Assembly (NCBI GenBank): GCA_964658305.1
Contig: OZ210885.1
Coordinates: 13,206,001 to 13,270,000 of the forward strand
Direction: 5' to 3'
Origin: Leptogorgia sarmentosa
Lineage: Eukaryota
Length of the DNA stretch: 64,000 nucleotides
Position 1 is the first letter of the stretch; each line of letters begins with the position of its first letter. Below the pieces are notes generated by a model. That model searched no databases, was not told the DNA's origin, and worked only from the letters and a program-made list of their open reading frames with translations. The position numbers and the translations under genes are program-made. This document shows, piece after piece, positions 35,202-47,253 of this stretch.

Positions 35202-36192
35202 CAGAGGCATGTATTCCAGATACGTATCAGAAGCATGTATTCCAGATATGTATCAGAAGCATGTATTCCAGATACGTATCCGAGGCATGTATTCCAGATA
35301 CGTATCCAAGGCATGTATTCCAGATACGTATCCAAGGCATGTATTCCAGATACGTATCAGAGGCATGTATTCCAGATACGTATCCGAGGCATGTATTTCA
35401 GATACGTATCCAAGGCATGTATTCCATATACGTATCCAAGGCATGTATTCCAGATACGTATCAGAGGCATGTATTCCAGATACGTATCCGAGGCATGTAT
35501 TCCAGACACGTATCAGAGGCATGTATTCCAGATACGTATCCGAGGCATGTATTCCAGATACGTATCAGAGGCATGTATTCCAGATACGTATCCGAGGCAT
35601 GTATTCCAGATACGTATCAGAGGCATGTATTCCAGATACGTATCAGAGGCATGTATTCCAGATACGTATCCGAGGCATGTATTCCAGATACGTATCAGAG
35701 GCATGTATTCCAGATACGTATCAGAGGCATGTATTCCAGATACGTATCAGAGGCATGTATTCCAGATACGTATCAGAGGCATGTATTCCAGATACGTATC
35801 AGAGGCATGTATTCCAGACACGTATCTGAGGCATGTATTCCAGATACGTATCAGAGGCATGTATTCCAGATACGTATCCGAGGCATGTATTCCAGATACG
35901 TATCAGAGACATGTATTCCAGATACGTATCAGAGGCATGTATTCCAGATACGTATCAGAGGCATGTATTCCAGACACGTATCTGAGGCATGTATTCCAGA
36001 TACGTATCAGAGGCATGTATTCCAGATACGTATCCGAGGCATGTATTCCAGATACGTATCAGAGACATGTATTCCAGACACGTATCAGAGGCATGTATTC
36101 CAGATACGTATCAGAGACATGTATTCCAGATACGTATCAGAGACATGTATTCCAGACACGTATCCGAGGCATGTATTCCAGATACGTATCCG
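35202..36192. repeat. 26-bp minisatellite (AGAGGCATGTATTCCAGATACGTATC) x ~38
   Basis: Direct reading; long ORFs in all three + frames are by-products. Confidence 0.95.
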
Positions 36193-36805
36193 TGTTGTAA
36201 AAGTATACCTGTACGCATTTTCGGTAAAAATGTGCGAATAAATGTTTAAGATATATAAAAGGCCGTGTGACAGTTGAATAAATGTCAAGTAGTAAAGTAA
36301 ATATGAAGAGCGTCGTAAGTAATTAGCTTGCAGCAGTGGCGTGCTGGCATTTCCACAAAACAATCAACATCATTCAATCGAATGAATTGTTATATAGTAC
36401 TTTCTTGAAGAGCACAAAAAGTCTATCTGTCTATCCAAACAATATAAAAGTATAAAATATTTCTTGAAATGTATAAATTGGGTATATCAAGAACGTACTA
36501 TTTGACCGCCAGCCGGTAGGGTTTCAAAATGTACTAAGTGACCGGCAGTCACAAAGTCGCAGCCTAATATAAAATGTGTTTGCTTACGGCGACCTTTCTG
36601 TGAGCAGGCTGCCAGCGCGTTTGTTAAGGATCGCAGCACACAGCACACAACAAACCGAAGCGTGGTGGGGCTAGAATTTCTTTTCGCCGGAAGACTTGTT
36701 TATTTTTTTCAAAAAGTTTTGAAGACATTTTTTCTCGCTTCATAGTGTTTAGGGTTAGACTGTCATAAGGTTAGGGTCAGGAAATGAAGACGAATTTGAT
36801 ACATA

Positions 36806-37093
36806 GTGGCTTGGATGAGCAATCCGCTGGACAAAAAGCTTACTCCGAAATCCCGCCTGGGCTCGAAAATGAGCTGGAAAAGTATCTATCTGAATCGTCT
36901 TTCGTGGATGAAACAACTAAAGAATGATCCAGTGTATGAGAAAATAATGCAAACAAAAGATACCTTTGTGAACGGCGATAATTTTGATCCCGAAGAAGCT
37001 ATTCAAACAGCTTTTCATAACAGAAAATTTCTGATCAAAAAGCTGTTAAATGATTACACCTTTACAGGGGACAGCGAGGATGAAGACCATTAA
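36806..37093 (+). pseudogene. Fragment of a hypothetical protein, possibly a Polinton/Maverick accessory gene remnant
   Basis: W..L.NDP.Y.KIM.TK...F...EA...A...RKFL plus acidic tail; family assignment from recall only. Confidence 0.35.
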
Positions 37094-38020
37094 ATATTAG
37101 AAATCGATTTCCTCAGAATGTATCTGTAAACTAAAATTCTCTATATGACTTTTAAAAGTACATGAACAATGTTTTTATGATTAACTTTAACTTTTTGGTC
37201 GATTTTGGCTACTTTTTCAACTTTTGAAAAGCGCCTCAAATATCAATGCAAACCGATTCAAAGAGCTTTTAAACGCATTTGGAGAGTTTTTAAATGACTT
37301 GAGAGTGATTTTAAAAAAGTTGAAAAAGTGCCCAATATCGAACAAAAAGTAAAGGGGTTAATTAACCTGTTGCAAGAACATTAAGTCTCATTCGTTATTC
37401 CCCGGGTTATTGCCGCCATAACATACTATCACAACTAGTAAATTCATTAAACCCCTTGCATACTAATTACTTCCAGCGGTAAAGTTTTGCATACTAATTA
37501 CTTCCCTCGCCAGATGTATCCTGTAACATACTCACCAAAGCGGTTAAAATGAGGGCACACTTGATGCAGTAACACAGTCAACTCGTTAAAACAAGAAAAC
37601 CATAATTTTAAACCGTATTTTGTTCATTCGATTGATACGTAATACCACATATATTTACTTTATGCATTTATTTGAACGTGTTTGTTATTGTTACGATATC
37701 GCCATTCCCAATGTAAAACAGGTATTCATTTTAATCAAATCCGAACAGTAGATCGATGTTGCCGTTCAAATCTATTTTAATCGAATGAAGGGACGATATC
37801 ATTCAATTCTTTCAATACTTTTATATATAAGGCAGTCGACAGCTTGAAGCTTCAGTAGGCTTGGGTTCCTTGCCAAAATTGGTTACATGCATGATGGGCG
37901 AATGGCGACTCATAGATTCTCTCTCGGATTATAATTATACTAAAGCAAATGCATTCTGTATCTCTTGCAGTTGCAGTTTCATGAATTTTCACCATTGGGA
38001 ATATTGACTCGTGCAACGTT

Positions 38021-39686
38021 ATGGCCATCTCAAAACCCACGAGAAATTTCATGTTTTTCTACATTTTCCTGATACTTGTGGTTGTCAGCGGAACATTAGT
38101 GGTGTTTATAATATAAGTAGGGTAAAACCTGCAACGTGATTGGCTAATGAGCGTGCATTATAACAGCGTAATGCACGCATCTAGCTATTAAATTTCTCAC
38201 GCGACTTTTTGGCTTGACAAAAAGACAATAAAAATACATATATACTAAAAATACATCCATAAAAAACGCTTGAATTGTTTGCTTTCGCTCAGCTAAAGGA
38301 ATAAAGCTGTGTTGCTGCTTGGCAACATTTAAGAACACGCTTGATTACATGTAAAGAGAATTGTAGTTTTGATCTTCCTAACGAAGTTTTTTGTTGCGCT
38401 AATATTCTATTATATTATAAAAGAAATAGAAAAACTCGTCGCGTGCCATTATGCTGTTATAATTGCACTCGGGCAATGTTGTGAGAATACTCGAGAATCG
38501 CGTAAAACACTCGGCTACGCCTCGTGTTTTACGCGATTCTCTCGTATTCTCTCAACATTTCCCTCGTGCATTATAACAGCATAATGGCACGCGACTCGTT
38601 ATCTATTTCTTAAATATCAAAGGAGGCAATTTCTTCATTAAAAGCAGTGTTCTGAAACTATTTCCACCTGCATTGCCACACGCAGCTCTTGCCAATGATT
38701 CATATAAACAAGACGAGAAAATCGTTCTGTTGTTTTGGTCCAAATTGTGGAATAAACCAGCATCAATCGCCGAGGGAGTTTGGGAAAAAGGTAACGAGCG
38801 CGGTCAATGTCCAGTAGCGTGTGAAGTGACAGCAAATCGTTCCCGTATTAAAGAAGCTAAAGCTTTTATTGTTCATGCAAGAGATCCAAAACCATTACCC
38901 CCGTCTAAGCATATTCCTTGGGTTCTTACTACTCTTGAAAATCCTGTTTACACCGGGGTATTAAAGGATCCAAAATACATGTCACAGTTTCATTTACTAA
39001 GAAGTTATCGACTGGATTCCGATTTTCCAACACCTCTATTCAAAAAACCAAATCTAGAACCCCCAATTGCTTTTGAAAACAAAACTGGAGGTATTATGGC
39101 TGCATTTAGTAACTGCGAACGAGTGAGAACGGCCTACTTGAGAGAATTGATGAAATATATTAAAGTCGACTCCTATGGTGCCTGTTTACACAACAAAAAT
39201 GGTTTAGCAAAGCGCTACAGTAGTAATTTTAAAGAAGTTAAAAAAAATCTTGAACGGTCCTATAAATTTATTATCGTATTCTTTAACCAAGATTGTGATT
39301 ATTTCGTTGACGATCAAATTCTTCATGCATTGAATGCTGGTGCAGTACCGGTAGTCATGAGTACAGATAAGATTTACGAATTCTTGCCAGGAAACCTAAA
39401 GAATGGTATTGTGAATGTTAGAAATTTCAAATCGCCAAAGGATTTGGCTGATCGCCTCAGATTCCTGATGAACAATAAGACGGAGTACAATAAATTTTTG
39501 GAATGGAAAACGAAAGGTCTGGGTGATATAAGTAACACAATTATAGGACAATATTGGGACAGAAAATTTGGTCACTGGTGTCAAATTTGTGAGGCAATAG
39601 CTGAAGGAAAATGGCATAAGGAGGGTCTTAAAGCGGATTATTGCAAAACAAGAGATTACAAAGACTGGGGGGTTAGAGCGGGGTAA
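38021..39686 (+). pseudogene. Alpha-1,3-fucosyltransferase (GT10), single exon, interrupted after the TM helix by a 502-bp insertion (coding parts 38021-38111 and 38614-39686)
   Basis: Type II TM N-terminus MAISKPTRNFMFFYIFLILVVVSGTLVVF; GT10 motifs C.VT.NRS....A.AFIVH, ENP, SYRLDSDFP, FSNC..R..Y.REL..YIKVDSYG.C, YKF...F.N..C.Y.V.......AL.AGAVPVV, Y..FLEW, C..C. Confidence 0.85.
38109..38613. mobile_element. Non-autonomous Crypton-like element inserted in the fucosyltransferase exon
   Basis: Near-identical to 17128-17636; TAA direct repeat at both ends. Confidence 0.8.
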
Positions 39687-40369
39687 AAAACAGTTAGGGG
39701 TATAGTGATGAGGGATAGCATTCGTGGGACCAAAACACTAATCTGTAAATTACTATAGCACTGACAGATTAGATTTGAAAAATTTCCAAGTCACATTTTT
39801 CAAATCGAACGTTCTCAAATTTGTCGAAACCAAACATCTGAAAGTGACTGAGAAGTTATATATAGATTGGCAATTCTACGTCTTAAATGAACACCACACA
39901 CTGAAATTAACTACATCACTCACCCTTGCACCATGAAAACTAGAAAATCAACGAGTTCCTAAATGTTTCATGATATGTCAACCTTACTTAGCCAAAATTC
40001 AATAGAGATGTGTCAATGTTTGAAATGTTCAATTTCTTTTTTGATTTCTTAAAATGAAATGCATGATGTATTATGATAACCGATTTTGAAACATTGATAT
40101 TTTTTCTTGTTAATTGATACCATATTTTTAGCCGGTACGAACCTTAGAGATAATAAAAACTGCCAAAAGTTGAGTTTTAGAGGAACTATATTTACAGTAA
40201 AAAATAAACAACTTCAGCAATAACATCAAACTAAGCGTTCGGCTATGGAATTCAGCTAAGCTATGAAGATTAACAACTTTATGTAGAAAACGAGCATGTT
40301 TTTTTTTCGATGTCGAAAATTAAAAAACCGGTAACTCCATTAACAAACGCGATTACTTCTCGGCCTTAA

Positions 40370-40620
40370 GGCCAGATTCCCCGACGGCGAAATATTACGC
40401 GAGAAATTGTGTCTGCGAAATGCGGATGGTTGCACATGAACGATTCTATTGAATTCTCCCGCATTTTTCGCTTTCGCAGTGAGTAGAACTAACTTCTACT
40501 CACTGGCAAAGCGAATTTTTTTCTCGAGAAATCTTATTTGCTCTTATGACGCATGCGCACAATTATTTTGCGCGAAAATTTTCGCGTTTCGCCAAGAAAT
40601 ACCGTCCGTGGAATCAGGCC
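40370..40620. mobile_element. Harbinger-like MITE (inverted copy at 52403-52653)
   Basis: GGCCAGATTCC..GGAATCAGGCC termini. Confidence 0.7.
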
Positions 40621-40940
40621 TTTGGAAGGAACATATTTCAATTAAGTGGAATTGATCAATTCCTTTCCCAAAGTTTTTCTACTTACTCAAAGCAACTACT
40701 GCTTACGTCTGTTTCACTAAAAAAATTCTTTATAAAATTGGCTTCTATTCACATTTCATAATATCGCAAGAATTCACTTCGAAACATGTTATAACACGAT
40801 TTACAAAAACTTGTATTTACGTACATAAGGCTCTTTGATTAGGTTTTTTATTTGAACAGTGTAAAAAGCTTTGATATACCTCATGCAACAGATTCGTGGC
40901 AATTGTCTTCACCGTGCTTCGAAGAATTCGAGAAATATTG

Positions 40941-41095
40941 AGCCTCATCAGAGATTTGAACTCTGGACCCCTGGTTTACTAGCTGTTTTACTAGACCAGT
41001 GCTCTAACCTCTGAGCTCTAACCTCTGAGTTCTAACCTCTGAGCTCTAACCTCTGAGCTCTAACCTCTCAGCTCTAACCTCTGAGCTAATGAGGC
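40941..41095 (-). pseudogene. tRNA-Thr(AGT) pseudogene with six-fold 14-bp D-arm expansion
   Basis: GCCTCAT/ATGAGGC acceptor stem, CTAGTAA anticodon loop, GTTCAAAT T-loop, (GCTCTAACCTCTGA)6. Confidence 0.75.
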
Positions 41096-41172
41096 ATGCT
41101 GACAACTCCGTGTTGATTTCACAAGCTTGTCCATTGAATTTTATTACCTAATTTACCTTTGCTATTCTTCAT

Positions 41173-41592
41173 TATATAATACCTCATTACATTCAGGTCG
41201 TTTGATTGGTTAATTATGGTCTCGTGATATTGAATAGAAAGTTCCATTTCCCAAGAGTGCAATAGTACGAATACTATTGCACTCTGGAGAGTGCAATAGT
41301 ATTCGTACTATTGCACTCTGTGTTTTCAGTAACTCCCATCCTTCAAAACGCTCTTCGGACAGTGATCGCAGTTTATTTAGCCCCGATTCTCAACGTGAGG
41401 TAAATGCGATTTATATAAAACAAATTATGTATAACAAATATTATATAAACAAACAAGTATTATATAATCGCCTCGTTGAATAGAACATTCCATCTTTCAC
41501 CTCATGAAAATATTCTTACCATTGCACTCATAAACATTCATTATTTGTATACTAATTCATTCATATTGCAAAATGATTAAAATTGAGATTAT
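41173..41592. mobile_element. Non-autonomous Crypton-like element
   Basis: TGATTGGTT near left end; right end shared with the hairpin at 59992-60102. Confidence 0.5.
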
Positions 41593-41780
41593 GTCCTGGT
41601 TTTCTATCTTTGACAAACGATTACTCCCAGAGTCGATAAACCTGTAAGAAGTTCCTCACTTAGTATTACAAGTTCCTCACTTATTGACTTCCTGTGTGAA
41701 AGTTGTAACTTAAAACCACGAAATGCACCACAAATTTCCAACAATAATTATCTAAACTGAATTATTTTGCGCATATGCCA

Positions 41781-41853
41781 GTTTCCGTAGTGTAGTGGTT
41801 ATCACATGCGCTTAACACGCGCAAGGTCCTCAGTTCGAACCTGGGCGGAAACA
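41781..41853 (+). tRNA. tRNA-Val(AAC)
   Basis: GTTTCCG..CGGAAAC, TT-AAC-AC loop, GTTCGAAC. Confidence 0.9.
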
Positions 41854-41963
41854 TGCATATGAGCTTTTTAACTGGAGATTTTTTTTCTTTGGAAATTTTC
41901 AATAAAGCACGAGAAAAATTAATTAAAGAGAATACATCTATTTCCATGTTTGCGCGTAGGTAA

Positions 41964-42036
41964 GTTTCCTTAGCGTAGTGGTTATCACATGCGCTTAACA
42001 CGCACAAGGTTCTTAGTTCGAAACTGGGCGGAAACA
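41964..42036 (+). tRNA. tRNA-Val(AAC), diverged
   Basis: Copy of the previous gene with stem mismatches. Confidence 0.7.
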
Positions 42037-42145
42037 TACATATAGGCTTTTTCAGTAAAAACTAGAAAAATATTCCTGGTGATATCGAATTTGTGTAAAT
42101 AGATCAGCTTTAAAAAGAAATGCCCTCAATTTTTTGTAAATTTGT

Positions 42146-42273
42146 TGTCAGGAGTGGGATTCGAACCCACGACCACATGTGTGGACCAGAACGTCCAATT
42201 ATATATGTCAAGGCTGATCGTCACAAATTTTTTCACTTGAGTCTGGCGCCTTAGACCGCTGGGCTATTCTGAC
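42146..42273 (-). tRNA. tRNA-Leu(CAA) with intron, D-arm diverged
   Basis: CCAGACTCAAG-intron-TTCTGG; long variable arm. Confidence 0.75.
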
Positions 42274-42715
42274 ACACAGGAAAACATGGGATTTCCTACC
42301 ACACATTTATTCTTTGCTACCTTCAACATGCCACATCCCGTTCTGATTTTCTCTTGACAACTGACGTGAGCCGAATACGTGACGGAGGTACACATTATTT
42401 TAGTGGAATTTTTCAATCAATCGCAGTTAAAGTCGAACGATTTTAATACCATTACGAATTTTCAATGATTATCGGAAATACTGAGTTTATGTTGTTTTTG
42501 TATTATCTTGTTAGTATTTGGGAGGGTGAAATTGAGGGATTGCTAGACATGTACATTTCGTGTAGTGCACTGGTTACTACCTGCTTCTCACACTGCAAGA
42601 ACCCCAGTTTAAATCTGGCAAGGACCTGCATCGCCATGAATTTGTTTCAATTTTTTTGTTGCATCGATTCACTTCTCAAGAAGTTTGTCTCTGTTTCGTA
42701 ATTTTGTACCAATTC

Positions 42716-42788
42716 GTTTCTGTAGTGTAGTGGTTATCACATGCGCCTCACACGCGCAAGGTCCTCAGTTCAATCCTGGGCAGAAACA
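42716..42788 (+). tRNA. tRNA-Val(CAC)
   Basis: GTTTCTG..CAGAAAC, CT-CAC-AC loop. Confidence 0.9.
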
Positions 42789-42957
42789 AGGGATCAACAA
42801 TAATTCAGCGACTCCGGGCGGAAAGTTTCACTGCTTTCATTTTAAATTTGTTACTTGGAAATAGTTTTATTGGAACCACGAAATGGCACCACAAATTTCG
42901 GATAATAAATATCTAATTAAAGTGAATACATCTATTTCTATGTTTGCGCATAGGTCA

Positions 42958-43030
42958 GTTTCCGTAGTGTAGTGGTTATCACATGCGCCTAACAAGCGCA
43001 AGGTCCTCAGTTCGAACCTGAGGGGAAACA
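42958..43030 (+). tRNA. tRNA-Val(AAC)
   Basis: Cloverleaf with CT-AAC-AA loop. Confidence 0.8.
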
Positions 43031-43176
43031 TAGCTACAGTGTGAGCTTTTTTAAATAGAGAAATTTTTTTATTGGAATTTTTCAGTAAATAGCCAGAAAC
43101 ATTTTCTTGGTGAAATCGAATTTGTGTAAATAGATCAGCTCTGAAAAGAAATGCTCTCAATTTTTGGTAAATTTGT

Positions 43177-43300
43177 TGTCAGGAGTGGGATTCGAACCCA
43201 CGACCACATGTGTGGACCAGAACGCCCTATTATGTCAAGGTTGATCCTGACAAGTTTTTGCACTTGAGTCTGGCGCCTTAGACCACTCGGCCATCCTGAC
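43177..43300 (-). tRNA. tRNA-Leu(CAA) with ~40-nt intron
   Basis: GTCAGGATGGCCGAGTGGTCTAAGGCGCCAGACTCAAG..TTCTGG..GTTCGAATCCCACTCCTGACA. Confidence 0.9.
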
Positions 43301-43438
43301 ACGCATGAAAACATAGAATTTCCTACCGCATTTATTCTTTGCTACCTTCAACATGCCACATCCCGTTCTGATTTTCTCTTGACAACTGACCTGAACCGAA
43401 GACGTGACGGTATAAAATGGAATAAAATGAAAATAATC

Positions 43439-43509
43439 TGCGTTAGCGGGGAATCGAACCCCGGTCTCCCGCGTGGCAGGCGAGAATTCTACCACTGAAC
43501 CACCAACGC
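43439..43509 (-). tRNA. tRNA-Gly(GCC)
   Basis: GCGTTGGTGGTTCAGTGGTAGAATTCTCGCCTGCCAC. Confidence 0.9.
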
Positions 43510-43794
43510 AAAGTTGCCCAATTCGTTCGTGATAGCTAATGTTCATATTCCACGAGATGCCGAACATTTTCACCAAACATCTTCAACTAATAAATCAGAG
43601 TAAGTTCTAGGAAATTGTTACACTTTATACATGATCAACAGAATGATTTTCTTTGTGGAAGAGCAAGACATGTCAACAAGGACTTAAATACAGAAAAAAC
43701 CAAAAGAGTGGGTAAGAGGAATAGAGCTAGTATAATAGCAATGGTTTTGCTAATTTCTCGAATTGCATATTTTCCCCTTCTCTCGCATGTTTTA

Positions 43795-43866
43795 TTCCCA
43801 TGCCGGGAATCGAACCCGGGCCTTGGCGGTGAGAGCGCCAGATTCTGACCACTGGACTACATGGGA
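43795..43866 (-). tRNA. tRNA-Glu(CTC)
   Basis: TCCCATG..CATGGGA, CT-CTC-AC loop. Confidence 0.85.
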
Positions 43867-43962
43867 GAAACATTTATATTTTCTCGGAATGTGAAAATAA
43901 CGATAATATTTTTAATTTGAATTTGGAAGAAAATTTCGAGAGACAGCGTGGCCAGAAATGCT

Positions 43963-44035
43963 TGACCTTGAAGTGAATTGAACACTTAACCTTCTGATCT
44001 GGAGTCAGACGCGCTACCAATTGCGCCACAAGGTC
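43963..44035 (-). tRNA. tRNA-Trp(CCA)
   Basis: GACCTTG..CAAGGTC, TCTGACTCCAGATCAGA. Confidence 0.8.
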
Positions 44036-44574
44036 GTAGTGCTGTTAAAATGGTTTGGTTTCAGAGAACGAGTTTGAGAATGTGAACACAAGCTGCTTCA
44101 AATTAAAATTTTCAGAAAAAATTCCCACGCCGGCAATCAAAACAGGGCCATAAAGGCATACTCTACTAAAAGCTCCTTTACCCAATAACAAAATCAAGGA
44201 CTTAAAATCAAGAATTTAAAAAACGATACAAAACTAATAATTATGTACATTATGAATCAATTTGTGGGCATTATTCCTGAATCTTTTGTTGCTGGAAATA
44301 ATTCTTTATTGATCGTGCCAAACGTAAAAGAGGTTGATATCGGAAAATATTAATTTTACTTTTTTTCCGTTATGGATGAAATTACGAGTTTTCCCAAAAT
44401 ATGGATAACTAAACGTGAACTTTTGAAATTTATATTAACTATTGATTTTCGCTTTGGGTGCCAGAGGTCATCAGAGGTCATGGGTTCGATTCCCATGCAA
44501 GCCCTTAATTAACCAAGTAAGACGTTGTATTTCTTGAAAGCTTTCGTAAATCCATAGAAAACCCCTCCCAAAAC

Positions 44575-44648
44575 CGTCCCTGGTTGGACTCGAACCAACA
44601 ACCTTTCGGTTAACAGCCGAACGTGCTAACCGATTGGACCACAGAGAC
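44575..44648 (-). tRNA. tRNA-Asn(GTT)
   Basis: TTCGGCTGTTAACCGAA anticodon arm; D-stem mismatches. Confidence 0.8.
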
Positions 44649-44815
44649 TGACTCCATTGAAAACCTTCCGAAAAGAAACAAAAAATAATGGATATTATTT
44701 TTGTTCAAAATCTGATTTTTAGCCAAGGCCATATGCAACGGCAACAATGAACAGAACTTCAACGGTGACGATGCCCGCAATGGTGAATACAATACTTTTT
44801 GCTGTTTGAAACAGA

Positions 44816-44887
44816 TGCCGTGACCAGGATTCGAACCTGGGTTATTGCGGCCACAACGCAATGTACTAACCACTATACGATCACGGC
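44816..44887 (-). tRNA. tRNA-His(GTG)
   Basis: GCCGTGATCGTATAGTGGTTAGTAC..TTGTGGC..GGTTCGAATCC. Confidence 0.9.
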
Positions 44888-44995
44888 GACGTCGTTGGAA
44901 GATTGGAAAGTGTTTTGGAACTGAGATATTACATTAATGCCCCATTTTTCCCCGTCAGTACAAAGTACAATAGAAAACATTTTGATACCATCAAT

Positions 44996-45067
44996 GGCTT
45001 GCTGGTCTAGTGGTATGCTTCTCGCTCAGGGTGCGAGAGGTCACGGGTTCGATTCCCGTGCAAGCCC
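44996..45067 (+). tRNA. tRNA-Pro(AGG)
   Basis: GGCTTGC..GCAAGCC, CTCGC-TCAGGGT-GCGAG (C at position 33). Confidence 0.8.
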
Positions 45068-45183
45068 TAGTTAATTAACCAAGTAAGACGTTCTGTTTTT
45101 TGAAAGCTTCCGTAAATCCGTAGAAAACCTCGCGCAAAAAATTGGGTTACATTTACCGTCACGACGTCTGAACACACCAAACA

Positions 45184-45257
45184 CGTCCCTGGTTGGACTC
45201 GAACCAACAACCTTTCGGTTAACAGCCGAACACGCTAACCGATTGCGCCACAGAGAC
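45184..45257 (-). tRNA. tRNA-Asn(GTT)
   Basis: Intact cloverleaf. Confidence 0.9.
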
Positions 45258-45514
45258 CAACTCAAAAACCTTCCAAAAAGAAATGTAAAAATAATGGATA
45301 TTACTATTTAATATAACATACACTCGTGAGTTTTCCGAAATGGCAAATAGCACTCGTCCTTCGGACTCCAGCTAGAAGTTGAAAACTTTGCTTTAAAAAA
45401 GTTTCTTCGACAACTTCTTTTTATAACTTTTCTCTTTTTTCTCCTACACCCAAATCATAACCACCCATAACACCAAAATTTTGCCAACATTTGCATTCTG
45501 GAAATTTGCTCTTC

Positions 45515-45584
45515 CGTAGTCGGCAGGATTTGAACCTGCGCGGGAATTTCCCAACAGATTTCTAGTCTGTCGCCTTAACCACTC
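45515..45584 (-). pseudogene. tRNA-Ser(AGA), 5'-truncated
   Basis: 3' part intact; 5' acceptor strand missing. Confidence 0.7.
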
Positions 45585-45762
45585 AAATAAATTTTCATTC
45601 TGCGAGTAAAATCCAACAAAATATTTTAGTAATCGTTTTCAAGTTTTGGTGGATAGATTTAACACGAATCGTAGTATATGCATCTCAACTCTTTGGGTCG
45701 CATATTTCCCATCAGCCTGCTTTAAAGAATTTGAAAGTTTTCCAGTTTATAGGTAGGATAAG

Positions 45763-45834
45763 AAGGAGCTTGCAGATTTGAACCACCGACCTCTCGATCT
45801 GCAGTCGAATGCTCTACCACTGAGCTACACTCCC
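45763..45834 (-). tRNA. tRNA-Cys(GCA), T-stem diverged
   Basis: TTCGACTGCAGATCGA anticodon arm. Confidence 0.75.
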
Positions 45835-46137
45835 TGTGTAGTCGACAAGGTTAATTATGTACATATGATTTCAAACGCAGCTATAATCAATTCACGGACC
45901 TCTGTTTTTTCAATTTTACATTCAAATACAAAATCTCTCTTGCATGTTTCATAACCTTAATACAATAAAAAATGCGACTTCTTTCCGTCGATTTTGCAGA
46001 TGGAAAACTTGGGCATTGAATCTGTCACTTTAAACACTCAGCCACCACCACCGAGAACACAACTTCCTGTCATCGAGTTTCCCCCCAAAAAAATTCATGT
46101 TTATCTTCGAGGCCAAAATTTTAAAGACTTTGCATGA

Positions 46138-46225
46138 CGTAGTCGGCAGGATTTGAACCTGCGCGGGAAACTCCCAACAGATTTCGAGTCTGTCGCCTTA
46201 ACCGCTCCCGCTCGGCCACGACTAC
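46138..46225 (-). tRNA. tRNA-Ser(CGA) with a 6-bp D-loop duplication
   Basis: GTAGTCG..CGACTAC; CCGCTC duplicated. Confidence 0.7.
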
Positions 46226-46548
46226 GTTGCTGCAACCACCCGGTTTAACGTTGTTCATTAATGAACATTCACATCCATCTTTAACTGACCTACACACTCT
46301 CAGCGCTACACTCTGAACAATAGAAACTTTCTATTTTGAGGTCTTTGCAAAACTCACTCGTGCAAGTTAATTCCAAATTCCACTCGAAACCATTCTATTA
46401 GCAATACTTATTTTTTTTCCAGACGTAGTGAAATGGTGGAAAGATATGAACATTGAACTAAAATATATAGAATGTTACCTACCTGTGCAGGAACATGCCT
46501 GAATTTGCCTGAATCCACATTTTACCTCTAGACAGGCGGGTCTACTTT

Positions 46549-46619
46549 GCGTTGCTGTTTCAGTGGTAGAATTCTCGCCTGCCACCCTTGAGACCGAGGC
46601 TTGATTCACAGCAAACGCA
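46549..46619 (+). pseudogene. tRNA-Gly(GCC) pseudogene
   Basis: Degenerate B-box and stems. Confidence 0.7.
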
Positions 46620-46703
46620 GAATGTTTTCATTTTGTTGCATTTCAATTGCAACTCGAGAAAAAATGTGGGTTCGTAACACAGACATGATTTCGAAATTGT
46701 AAC

Positions 46704-46775
46704 TTCCATGTGGTCTAGTGGTTAGGATCTGGCGTTTTGACCGTCATTGCCTGGGTTCGATTCCCGGCGTGGGAA
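46704..46775 (+). pseudogene. tRNA-Glu-derived gene with TTG anticodon
   Basis: Body matches the Glu(TTC) copy at 48606; loop reads TT-TTG-AC. Confidence 0.7.
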
Positions 46776-47253
46776 TTTTTTCTGACAATTTCTATTTGGA
46801 ACAGTCTGTCTTCACATATTCAAACTCGCCCGAGACTGGGATTAGATTCCCGGCTAACGCAGAATATTATCATTCTGACGAGTTTAAATTTCAAATGCAA
46901 CACGAGAAAAACGTAGATTTGTAACACAGACATAATCGAAAAATTTTATCTAGGACAGTAAAATTAATATTTTCTGATATCACCGTCACTTATGAAAACT
47001 ATTTGATAGCCGCAAACTATTTGATTTTGGACAGAGTTTTTGCATTGGTTTATAAATCCTTGATTTTTACTCTTTATAATTTTATTGGGGAAATGAGAGA
47101 ATATCCCTTTAGGAATTAATTTTACAAGCTCCCCTTCGCATTAATTTCGTTCTTGGATCAATTTGTTTCAATTAACTCTGGATAAAAAAAAAGGAAGGCG
47201 GAAGAGAAAGGTAATAAAATTCGCAGCATTTTAAAATATTCAAATGTCCAAAT

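Noticed and set aside
35171..36249. 356-, 321- and 212-aa ORFs; also CRISPR-like periodicity
   Set aside because: These are translations of a 26-bp tandem repeat; there are no unique spacers and no cas genes, and the context is eukaryotic
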